DNA of 50,481 bases from Octopus bimaculoides (lineage: Eukaryota): assembly GCF_001194135.2 (NCBI RefSeq), contig NC_068999.1, positions 8,131,211 to 8,181,691 on the forward strand, read 5' to 3'. Each line of letters begins with the position of its first letter. Position 1 is the stretch's first letter. The position numbers and the translations under genes were made by a program. The notes under the pieces were generated by a model, which was given only the letters and a program-made list of their open reading frames with translations, was not told the origin of the DNA and made no database searches. Below are positions 1 through 11,025 of this stretch, piece by piece.

Positions 1-69
1 TATATATATATAAATATATATATATAGACCAAAGTGTACGTACGCCGCTATATATATATATATATATAT

Positions 70-575
70 AATACAAAATGGGACAAGAACGCAAAACAGC
101 TGGACAGTTAGGTGATATAAAAATGGGACAACAAAGCATTCAGATAGACGATACAAAGAAAACAGGGACGGGTCATTCGAAGTTTTCTTTCCTCAGTCGA
201 GTACCAGATTATCTTCGCAATTTCGGCTGATTATACTCGGGATTGCTCCATATATGTATAGAGATATTTACCAAGGTTATTCAGGTCTTTTTCCCTTCTA
301 CATATGCTGTTTTTGATTCAAGGTTTTCTTCGATTTTTATAATAATATGATTTTAAACCGTAATTGTAATTTCATGCAACGGGTTATTGAAAAGACCGTT
401 AGTGGAAAGGTTCAATGAAACAAAACCATTTTCAAATGTGTAACTATCAAAGTAATTGTATATTTATGCATGTAACCTTATTTTTTTCCATTCTAAACAA
501 AACTGTCCGACGAACGGGAACGTGAAACTCTATGTAACAGTTTTTGTGATATTTTTGCTACTTTTTTAAATAATA
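70..575. mobile_element. Repeat fragment flanked by (TA)n and carrying the hammerhead motif (Penelope-like/retrozyme-type, inferred)
   Basis: Non-SINE block between (TA)n tracts with a hammerhead motif near its right end. No intact RT or GIY-YIG ORF is seen. Confidence 0.45.
499..544 (+). ncRNA. Type-I hammerhead-ribozyme-like motif
   Basis: Stem I AAAACUGU/ACAGUUUU (8 bp); core CCGACGA (U4C variant of CUGANGA); stem II ACG-GGAA-CGU; GAAA; stem III AC/GU with a UCUAU loop; GUA cleavage triplet (A536). Confidence 0.65.
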
Positions 576-583
576 TATATATA

Positions 584-875
584 GGCGCAGGAGTTGCTGT
601 GTGGTAAGTAGCTTGCTTACCAACCACATGATTCTGGGTTCAGTCCCACTGCGTGGCACCTTGGGCAAGTGTCTTCTACTATAGCCTCGGGTCGACCAAA
701 GCCTTGTGAGTAGATTTGGTAGATGTAAACTGAAAGAAGCCCGTCGTATATATGTATATATATATATATGTGTATGTATTTGTGTGTCTGTGTTTGTCCC
801 CCCAACATCGCTCGACAACCGATGGTGGTGTGTTTACGTCCCCGTAACTTAGCGGTTCGGCAAAAAGGGATCGAT
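584..875 (+). mobile_element. tRNA-derived SINE, family A (CORE-like), truncated by N gap
   Basis: Head GGCGCAGGAGTTGCTGTGTGGTAAGTAGC, B-box-like GGTTCAGTCCC, CCTTGGGCAAGTG and an internal (TA)n(TG)n. Near-identical to the copies at 10615, 15208 and 47846. Confidence 0.9.
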
Positions 876-1043
876 NNNNNNNNNNNNNNNNNNNNNNNNN
901 NNNNNNNNNNNNNNNNNNNNNNNNNNNNNNNNNNNNNNNNNNNNNNNNNNNNNNNNNNNNNNNNNNNNNNNNNNNNNNNNNNNNNNNNNNNNNNNNNNNN
1001 NATGTCCTTCATCATCATCGACAACGACAAACGAATATTATAA

Positions 1044-1083
<40 letters not shown>

Positions 1084-1364
1084 CATCATCATCATCATCA
1101 TCATCATAATCATTATATAGCCAGGACGTTACATTTGTGATTTTTATTCCTCTTCTTTTCCCTTTTTTTTCTTTTTAGAACATTTCTTTTGTTACCTTGG
1201 TCTCCATTAGAATTGATACGTCAGTCTGGAGACATTCTTGTTTTCTCGACATTGTCTTCGATATTAATGTCTGTCCGGTTTCTTTAAAATCTCTATCTTC
1301 AACAAGAATGTGTTAAAATATGAACACTCATTCAGAAACCATTTGTGATGTGCATTTGTTCCAC

Positions 1365-1408
<44 letters not shown>

Positions 1409-1468
1409 CTCTATCTATCTATCTATCTGCCTGANNNNNNNNNNCTCTATCTATCTATCTATCTGCCT

Positions 1469-1511
<43 letters not shown>

Positions 1512-1944
1512 GCATATTTCATTATACTGGAATATTATTTCAATCTGTGAGATCTCAAATTCCATTATGCTTCATACTGGACATAATAATCATCAATTTC
1601 ACATCGAAAAAGAGCAACAGATTCACCAAGCGGGGACATGAAACACGCCATTTATCGTTTAACGAATCATTGAGCGAGACTCATATTATAGTGAAAAAAA
1701 AAATCCGTACAACTAAATTGCAGAAATAATTTATAATATCTAATTTGTTGCAGAATAGATGTCTTCCAGTTGTCTATTCGATAATGGCATCGAATTGCAA
1801 TCGAGTAATCGATGTTTGCGTGATGTGCGTTGCACCAATAGGCCTCTATGCTATTCTACCCCAGACTGGTGCATATAACGTTTATTATCATTTGCATTGA
1901 GTTATTTGGTGGTTAATTCTATTTTTATGTATCCAATTTTAGAG

Positions 1945-2600
1945 AAAGCGCGTGGCCTAATGCTTAATGCGTTGCACTCACTATCGGAATATCGTGGTTT
2001 CGATTCCTAGACCGAACACCTCGTTGTGTTCTGCAGCAAAACACTTCATTTCACGTTGCCCAAATCAGCTCGTCTATAAATGAATAATCCTTCGGCGTTT
2101 AGAGGGAATGTTTTGACGGTCGCTTATACGCCATGGAAAGCGGATAGCCAACCTTATGAGTCCTACAACTGGAGACATTGATGTCCAAGGGACTTACTTT
2201 ATTAACCAGCGATTAAAATCAATGAGACTGACTGTTACCTCATAGTTAAACTGTACAGTTGTAGACAGTGTGGCCGAATGATTAAGAAGTTCGCTTCGCA
2301 ATCATGATGTCTAGGTTTCGATTCTACTGCGTGGCATCTTGGGCAAGTATCATTTTCTGTACCTCGAGTCGACCTGTATCTTCTGAGAGAAATTAAGTAG
2401 AAGAAAACTGTGGAGAAGCGTATCGGATGGACTACACTTGTGATTTAAAAGATACTGCTCTGTCACCCAATGTATGATGCTGATTCTGTCTGAGAACTGA
2501 ATTAAGGATACACGTGTCTGTGGAGTACTCAGCTACTTATACACTCATCCAATAAACCAGGTGGTTTGGTTGATTAAACATCTAAACACTCGTGGCAGGA
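1945..2600 (+). mobile_element. Degenerate SINE family D and A fragments
   Basis: GCGCGTGGCCTAATG...GGTTTCGATTCC...CAAAACACTTCATTTCACGTTGC. GGATACACGTGTCTGTGGAGTACTCAGC is shared with 9979-10006. Confidence 0.65.
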
Positions 2601-3519
2601 AATTCTGGCCAATATCCCTTACATATTTTTCACTTATCTTTCATACTCTGCTTCGTGATGTCTAGTTTGTAAAAACTTTCGTCTCTGCGATCTTGGTCAA
2701 GTCGTTAAGGTTTCTTTTAGCTTTGTATAATAAAGACATCAGTTCGATTCTTGGATGCGTTGTATGCTTGAGCAATACATTTCATTCATATCATTACCCT
2801 GGTTTATTCAGCTATAATGAATACCAGCTAGGATAGCCGTGCAGCACTATTCCTTCCATCTGCCACATCACTGATGTGCCACAGAGTCAAGAGTGGAAAT
2901 TTAGAGGATGTCTATGCTTGCTGGCGACTACACAGGCATAAAAACAATTATCGAAAGTATATTACTTACAAGGAAGTTATACTCGCTCGCGAGTGACGAT
3001 TGATTGTACCTTGCTGCAAAAAAAAAAATCACTTTAGTTTTATTTGTTTTTCTTTTTTAATAATATTATTCAATGCCGGAAGTTTTCTTTTTCTATTTCT
3101 GCGTTGCTCAGTTACCTAAAAATCACAAGCAGACGTTTTAACAGTGTACTTTGCAAACCTACTTTTAATCTTCATTTTTTTTCCTCTTTTGTATACTTTC
3201 TGACATTATTCTTCTTTTCCGTATCTCAAGAGCTGTCACTTACCTCAGCTTCTTTTACGAACAAATACCTTCTGAAGATGGAAAATAGTTTCTCTTTTAT
3301 TGGCACTTTGTAGCTATTTCTGTTAGGTTCCTTTCTGCGAATTGGCAGAATCGTCATAGCGTTTGACTCTTTGCATACTGAACTCAAAAACCGCCAAAAT
3401 CAACTTCGATTTTCATTCTTCCTGGATCGATAAAATAAAGTAGCAACCAAGTACTGGGGTCGATGTAATCCACTAACCCCACCTATCCCTAAAAATTTTG
3501 GCCCATATATCTTTGATCT

Positions 3520-3680
3520 ATTACTTTTATCTTCTACTTGTTTACTGAGACCAAGCTGGAGCACCACCTTGGAGAATTTTTAGTCGAATAAATAAACACC
3601 AGTATTTACCTTTAGCCAAGCCTGATACATATTCTGTCAATCTCTTTTTGCCGAACAGCTAAGTTAGGGGGACGTAAACA
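3520..3680 (-). mobile_element. SINE family A, 3' portion
   Basis: Reverse complement of the family A tail (TGTTTACGTCCCC...GTGCTCCAGC). Confidence 0.75.
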
Positions 3681-3998
3681 GTCCCACTGCGTAGCACCTT
3701 AGGCAAGTGTTTTCTATAGCCACGGGCCGACCAAAGCCTTGTGAGTGGATTTGGTAGACGGAAACTGAAAGAAGTCTGTCGTATATATATATATATATCA
3801 GAAATGTTAACATAGAGTGGTGAATAAATCGATATATCGAATTTGAAGTCTCAGTCTCTTTTGAATATGAAAATTTAAAAGTTTAAAAACCTTATAATAT
3901 AAATATAAACTGTGAGAACGACCCTTAAGGAATCTAGTTAATGATCTCCTAAGGTAAGTTCTTATGCTATATTGGTAACGGTTGCTACATCCTCTGGG

Positions 3999-4072
<74 letters not shown>

Positions 4073-4150
4073 TGTGTTTGTCGCCCCACCATCGCTTGAC
4101 AACCGATGTTAGCGTGTTTACGTCCCCATAACTTAGTGGTTCGGTAAAAG
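3679..4150 (+). mobile_element. SINE family A, headless, interrupted by about 200 bp at 3798-4001
   Basis: CAGTCCCACTGCGTAGCACC...GAAACTGAAAGAAG(TA)n at 3679-3797 continues collinearly at 4002-4150. Confidence 0.8.
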
Positions 4151-4375
4151 TGGTTCTTTCTGGTTTTACAGTGCAAACATGGCCGCTCCACTAGCAAATC
4201 CACATCACAATTTGGGTATTCATAACTTATTGGGAATTCCTAAAAACAAGATCCTGTATAAGAGGGTTTGGTATTCTCTGTAAATGCACAAAAACCGTTT
4301 TAAGGGCTACATACTTTGTATTGTTATTATTGGATTCCAAAACAATTATTAGAACGGAACCAAGGGATAAGCGCT

Positions 4376-4406
4376 TACCCGGGAATTACCGGGTACGCCA
4401 GCTAGT
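4376..4406 (+). mobile_element. Helitron-like 3' terminus
   Basis: GC-rich hairpin TACCCGG-GAATTA-CCGGGTA (4376-4395), then CTAG at 4402-4405 followed by T. Confidence 0.6.
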
Positions 4407-4714
4407 ATATTCATAAACGCTTTTTTTTTTATAGTCGTGTGTCATACTGGATGAAGTAATACGGAAATTTAAGAAAATTACTTAAAAGCTTAAAATCTTT
4501 TATTTATTTGTCGCTTGAAATCAGTTAATCTTTTCATCGATTAAGTGAAGTTTGGTATTTATTTTATTGTCTTCTGCAGTCACACAGTACAGTCTGTTAT
4601 ATTGAAATTTAGCTTGAAAAGGCTTAAAAGATAAGTTAGACTGGATGATATAGATAAAACAGATGGTATATAGATAAACAATGGGAGAAAGATATACGTG
4701 AAGATATCGAGGGA

Positions 4715-4734
4715 GATAGACAGACAGACAGCTG

Positions 4735-4807
<73 letters not shown>
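4715..4807. repeat. (GATA)n microsatellite
   Basis: Seen directly. Confidence 0.95.
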
Positions 4808-7020
4808 GTTTCTTTATTAGCCACACAGGGCCGAACAGGGAGGGGACAAAATACAATGTAGTGTTTGCTCTCCACAGCTTGACAACTAATATTGGCTTGT
4901 TTACGTCACTGTCTCTTTGTGGTTCATCAAATGAAACCGACAGAGTAAGTGCCAGACTTGGAAAAGAAGAATTTGGATCGATTTTCTTCACTAAACTCTT
5001 CAAGATGGCATTGCTGCAGTTCAATGATTGAAACAAGCATAAGATGACTGATAAAGACACCGTAAAAGATAAAGAGCATTAACTGATTCAACCAATCAAA
5101 AAACAAATCCACCTGAGAAATTGTATATAATCGTTTGATCTGCCAAAAACTCGGCATCTTGCCATCTTAGAAAAAGAAAAGAAAGGACATATTTGAATAA
5201 TGTCTCCCCTTAGCACTATAGATCGCTGAATGGGAACAGAGATACGCAACACTAAACTTGGTGATGACTTTTTCTTCGTACTAATGTCATGTAGGTGATG
5301 ATGAAGGGGCAAAACCCCACGAAATATGGCGTATAGGCCCATTACCTTTTTTTCATCTTCGATCACATTGCTTGTTTACATCTGCCGTCTCGGATACGAA
5401 ACGTCGTTACAAAAATCCGTGCTAGCTCTAATTTCTATGGAATATCTGTGGAGATAATCTGCCTATAAAAAAAAATTACTGTATCGAGATTAATCCGGAA
5501 GAGATGGACAGTACGCAACTGTTAGCAACCAGGGGTATATATGGATTAACAAGTAATTCTTTTTTCAATCTCAAAGTAGCACACAACCTGCCAATTTATT
5601 ATAGAAGTGCTTCAAAAATGTCTTAAACGATTTAAAATAACCAGACACCAGATCCGGACAACACCACAGCCACCAAACTAGGAGGGTTCATTCTTCCATA
5701 AATATATGTTGGACTTCTGTAAAGGGACATATAAAAGAGAAAAGACCAACAGCTTTCTGGGTGTCTTTATTTATTCTACTTCTAATGAAACATGTTCTTC
5801 ATCTACCTCAGAATGAGAAATCGACCGGCAGATTCGTACATTACAAGTGCAATCTGTGAATGGAACAGTAAAAATATGCAAGACTTTTCTAAAGTTCCAA
5901 AATGTAAATTTGTCTGTTTTAACTACATCCCAAAGATGGAGCTTTGTATGTTTGTTGGAAACCGGCTCCCTCCTCATGGAAGATTTATAATAATTAAAAA
6001 ATAGAAGAGACATACAGATATATACAATCGCCTATATATANNNNNNNNNNNNNNNNNNNNNNNNNNNNNNNNNNNNNNNNNNNNNNNNNNNNNNNNNNNN
6101 NNNNNNNNNNNNNNNNNNNNNNNNNNNNNNNNNNNNNNNNNNNNNNNNNNNNNNNNNNNNNNNNNNNNNNNNNNNNNNNNNNNNNNNNNNNNNNNNNNNN
6201 NNNNNNNNNNNNNNNNNNNNNNNNNNNNNNNNNNNNNNNNNNNNNNNNNNNNNNNNNNNNTATATATATATATATATATACGTACGTATGTACATGCATA
6301 CGAACATACATACAACAGTATTTGCATACAGACGTTCACACATATGTACATCGATATAAACATGCTTCGATACATACATACATACATACATACATACATA
6401 CATACATTCATACATATTTGCGTTTCAGGATAAATTCTTAGTCAACGAAAACAGGTTTTTTTTTTAAAACTTAAACGATTGTCTTCTGTTCGCTGTGGAT
6501 AAATATATGTTCTATGGCACATTCTTCTGTTAATACCTGTTGGATTAGCCATTTTGTAAGCATTATAATCTACAAGATTAATAACAAATGACTAATCGTG
6601 CATTTGTCATTTCGCAGGTGAGACTACAAGACTCCAAAAGAAATTATGGCTAGTTCAATCTAAATTTTCTGGTTCTTAACCGAAAGAAAATATCAAGTTG
6701 ACCTTGGCTGAGTCATAATCGTTTATTAGGTCATATTAAAGAGTGGTATCCTAATTATTGGATACAGGAAATAAATAATAACGGTGCACCCTGAGCAAGC
6801 CATAGTGTAACATTCGCAACTGGATTTTGAAAAAGAGCAATAAGAATATATAATCATTTGTTGAACTACTTTTTGCAGTCTTTTGTAGTTAGTTTTTCCG
6901 AGAAGCGTATGAAAGAAGCCAAAACAGGATTGTATGACAGAAAGCAAAAATGCTTCATTTACTCTCAAATACAAACCGTGGAAAAAATCTAACACATTTC
7001 GTTGTTGTAAGCAGCAGAAA

Positions 7021-7546
7021 CGCAATGTAATTCACGAATATAATTTGCTGAGGACTGATGCTAATTTCAGCAAAATGTCTCGTAATAGAGTGATGGTGAT
7101 TGATGCTAATCTTAGTACGATGATTTTCGACATGTTATTAGTGATTGATGCGATTTCAGCAAGACGATTTGATTCGCAACAGATTGTTGGTGATGAATGC
7201 TAATTTAAAAAAGATTATTCGCAATATGTTGTTGGTGGTTGCTGCGAATTTCTACAGTACGATGGTGACTGATGCTAATTTCAGTAAACTGTTTCACAAT
7301 ACACTACTGCTTATTGATGCTAATTTCAACAAGATGTTTCACAACACGTTGTTGTTGAGTAATGCTAATTTCAGTAGTGTGTTTCACACACTGCTGGTGA
7401 CTGATGCTAACTTCAGCACGATAATTCACAACATATCGCAACACATTCAGTAAGATGTTCCATAATACATTTTTGGTCTTGCATGCTAATTTCAACAAGA
7501 CAATTTGATTCACAGTATACTACCGATGACTGGTGCTAATTTCAGT
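7021..7546. repeat. Degenerate 45-bp tandem repeat (about 11 units)
   Basis: Recurring GATGCTAATTTCAG. Units are mostly 45 bp, with some of 30, 42 and 49-50 bp. Confidence 0.88.
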
Positions 7547-7564
7547 TTATATATACACATATAT

Positions 7565-7648
<84 letters not shown>

Positions 7649-7723
7649 CTTTCTAGGTGCCATCCCATGGTCATTCATGACCGAAGGTGGGGGTGGGGGT
7701 ACCCTTCACCCTTGTTTTATACG

Positions 7724-7910
7724 ACGTAAACACACCAACATAAGTTGTCAACTGATGGTGGGGTGACAACCACAGACAGAAATACACACATACATAAATA
7801 TATATACAGTTACGTATACGATGGGTTTCTTTCAGTTTCCGTCTGCCAGATCACATCACAAGGCTTTGGTCGACTCGAGGCTATAGCAGAGGACACTTAC
7901 ATAAGATGAG
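7724..7910 (-). mobile_element. SINE family A fragment
   Basis: Reverse complement of the family A middle region (CTTTCAGTTTCCGTCT...CACAAGGCTTTGGTCG). Confidence 0.8.
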
Positions 7911-8055
7911 AAGGGATATGTATGTTCGTTAATTTTCTCGCTTCTTATTATGTCTATCTACAGATCTGTCTATTTATCAATTTATCTGTCTGCCAATCTA
8001 CGCACTTATCTACTAATATACTAATCTGTCTCCATATCTGTGTATTTGTTTGCAA

Positions 8056-8121
<66 letters not shown>

Positions 8122-8603
8122 TGATCTCAAATCAACGTTTTCTTATGCTAAACAATCATGTCACCGATTTTGAAGTATTGCCAATCCTAAGACATAAGAA
8201 TCACATTTATTATCTGCAGATTCCTACAACAAAAGAAACAAAAAACCAAAACACATTAACAAATAAAAATTTAAAGACAAACAGCGTAAAATTGTGTAAG
8301 ATGAAAAAAAATAATAAAACATTGCATTTTATATTGTATGTAGACATTTGCCAGATTTTTCACGCGTTTATCTTCAACATTGTCAGTTGCTAACACTAAT
8401 AATAAGAATTTTGTAGGAAATAATATAGAATTATTTCCTACAAAATATACTAAAATATATGAATATGAAAAAGCAACAAAACAAAACAAGAAGAAGCAAG
8501 CGAACGAATCTCACGAGCCAATAAGAATAGCATCATGCTGGCGTGGATGAAACAGTGAATTAATTCTAACAAATTGTAGGAGTTAGAATATTTGAGCTGC
8601 TGA

Positions 8604-8672
<69 letters not shown>

Positions 8673-9560
8673 TGCTTGTCAGTTGTTTGACCTTAACCAG
8701 TTGAGCATGTCCATTGGTGGCTGACGATATGTGCATCTCTGATCATGAGCAGAAGTAGTGGGGGAGCATCACCGCCATGTGTTTAGAGGAATTCTTTGGG
8801 GTTTGAATAATTCACCTTTGGAAACATGGGTGTTTTGCTCAACATCCTTAAACAAATCTTATTCATGGACCTTTTGAGTGGGATGGGCTACCCGACTTGA
8901 AGAAAATTCTAACTGGGCCCCACCTGCGAGGTCATGCGCTGTTTATCTTAATNNNNNNNNNNNNNNNNNNNNNNNNNNNNNNNNNNNNNNNNNNNNNNNN
9001 NNNNNNNNNNNNNNNNNNNNNNNNNNNNNNNNNNNNNNNNNNNNNNNNNNNNNNNNNNNNNNNNNNNNNNNNNNNNNNNNNNNNNNNNNNNNNNNNNNNN
9101 NNNNNNNNNNNNNNNNNNNNNNNNNNNNNNNNNNNNNNNNNNNNNNNNNNNNNNNNNNNNNNNNNNNNNNNNNNNNNNNNNNNNNNNNNNNNNNNNNNNN
9201 NNNNNNNNNNNNNNNNNNNNNNNNNNNNNNNNNNNNNNNNNNNNNNNNNNNNNNNNNNNNNNNNNNNNNNNNNNNNNNNNNNNNNNNNNNNNNNNNNNNN
9301 NNNNNNNNNNNNNNNNNNNNNNNNNNNNNNNNNNNNNNNNNNNNNNNNNNNNNNNNNNNNNNNNNNNNNNNNNNNNNNNNNNNNNNNNNNNNNNNNNNNN
9401 NNNNNNNNNNNNNNNNNNNNNNNNNNNNNNNNNNNNNNNNNNNNNNNNNNNNNNNNNNNNNNNNNNNNNNNNNNNNNNNNNNNNNNNGGAGGAAAGTGTC
9501 TGACTTTAGCCCTTTCAAACGGGTCCACCATATTACCTCTTTCGCTACAGTCACCAGACA

Positions 9561-9714
9561 AATTCCGCCGAGGTCGACTTTGTCTTTCATCCTTTCGGGG
9601 GTTGATTAAATAAGTACCAGTTACGCACTGGGGTCGATGTAATCGGCTTTAATCCCTTTGTCTGTCCTTGTTTGTCCCCTCTATGTTTAGCTCCCTGTGA
9701 GCAATAAAGAAATA
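9561..9714 (+). mobile_element. SINE family B (Meta-domain-like), 3' part
   Basis: AATTCCGCCGAGGTCGACTTTG.CTTTCATCCTTTCGGGGT.GAT.AAATAAGTACCAG with an AATAAAGAAATA tail. Many copies occur in the window. The Meta-domain label is from recollection of MetaSINE consensus sequences. Confidence 0.85.
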
Positions 9715-9768
9715 GATATTTTCACCTTTCCAATCTCGTAAAGTGCCCGGACATAATACTTAATACTA

Positions 9769-10085
9769 AGGCGTGTGGCTTAGTGGTCCGGTATTGAGTT
9801 CATGATCGTAAGGTTGTGAGTTCGAAAACCGGCGGCGCGCTGTGTCCTTGAGAAAGACACTTTATTTACGCAATGCTCCAGTTCACTCACCTGGCAATAA
9901 TGAATAGTACCTGTAATTCAAATGGCCTGCTTTGTCACACCGTGTGTCCAGCTGGATCTTCTCTAGAACTACGTTAAGGATACGTGTGTCTGTGGAGTAC
10001 TCAGCCATTTGCACATTAATTTCATGATCAGATTGTTCCGTTGATCGGATCGACTGGAACCCTCGTCGTCGTAGCCGTTGGAGTG
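9769..10085 (+). mobile_element. tRNA-derived SINE, family D (CORE-like)
   Basis: A-box-like GTGGCTTAGTGG, B-box-like GAGTTCGAAA and GTGTCCTTGAG.AAGACACTT. Related degenerate sequence lies at about 1945-2150 and 2440-2600. Confidence 0.8.
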
Positions 10086-10614
10086 CCAGTAACATTTATA
10101 TCAAACCATTTTAACGGTTATCGTAGACCACTTAGTTATATAAGAAGAGATGCTATTTTTAATTCTAAACGAATGGAAGTTATCAAGGAATTCTTAAGTT
10201 CAACTGAACGGCATTCTGTAGAAACTGTTTATAAAATGGTATGATGGTACTTTAAGTAAGTGAATTAGCAGAATCATTTTGAGTGTTGGATAGAATTCCT
10301 CGCAATGTTTGTTTCGACTCTCTTTGCTCCAAGTTCAAAACACGCTCACGTCAGCTTTATCTGTTCAGGATCAATTAAAAAAAGTCCCAAAATATGGCTG
10401 TTGACTCTCATACTAAGTGCTAATGCTAAGAACATTGGAAAGGAGCTTATAGAAAATTCTAGACAAAGGTTTCGATTCTTGGTTAAGAATCCAAGAAACG
10501 ATTTGTGTCGTAGCTCACGGGAAACGAGATTTAAATGAAGTCCGTAAGAAAGCAGTTTAACTAGAAAATTCGCAAGCACTATATATTCGAATATTCTGGA
10601 AATATTTTTGGAAA

Positions 10615-10774
10615 GGCTGCGTGGTAAGTAGCTTGCTTACCAACCACATGGTTCCGGGTTCAGTGCCACTGCGTGGCCCCTTGGGTAAGTGTTTTCAACT
10701 AAAGCCTCGAGCCGACCAAAGCCTTGTGAGTGGATTTGGTAGACGGAAACTGAAAGAAGCCCGTCGTATATTTG

Positions 10775-10809
<35 letters not shown>

Positions 10810-11025
10810 GTTTTTGTGTCTATGTTTGTACCCCCCACCATCGCTTGACAACCGATGTGGTTGTGTTCACGTCCCCGTAACTTAGCGGTTCGGCAAAAGA
10901 GACCGATAGAATAAGTACTAGGCTTACAAAGAAAAGAGTACTGGGGTCGATTTGTTCGACTAAAGGGCGGTGCTCCAGCATGGCCGCAGTCAAATGACTG
11001 AAACAAGTAAAAGAATAAAAGAAAG
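10615..11025 (+). mobile_element. SINE family A, near full length
   Basis: Collinear with the 47846-48249 copy from head to the AAGTAAAAGAATAAAAGA tail. Confidence 0.92.

Noticed and set aside
160-205. CUGAGGA-AAG-AAAA-CUU-CGAAU...GUC on the minus strand
   Set aside because: It has a hammerhead core start but lacks GAAA, a canonical stem III and any stem I pairing. At most it is a decayed relic.
1770-1878. Cys-rich frame CLFDNGIELQSSNRCLRDVRCTNRPLCYSTPDWCI* after an AG
   Set aside because: 35 aa with no recognisable domain and no linked upstream exon. It is compatible with chance.
2630-2900. Minus-strand WQMEGIVLH and NVLLKH resembling mariner motifs
   Set aside because: The spacing is wrong, there are many stops, and no catalytic aspartates are recognisable.
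5709-5742. LDF...GHIKEK resembling the Tc1/mariner DF.LWG.LK motif
   Set aside because: Too short and frameshifted, with no flanking DDE motifs.
6618-6680. TGACTAAT branch-like site and TTTCGCAG acceptor
   Set aside because: No donor or meaningful reading frame follows, so I cannot support an exon.
8878-9613. Long ORFs spanning N runs (also near 11561-12659, 13345-14100, 22405-22974, 24180-24890, 26704-27585, 31641-32489 and 46519-47534)
   Set aside because: They are open only because N codons are not stops. The flanks are microsatellite or SINE sequence.
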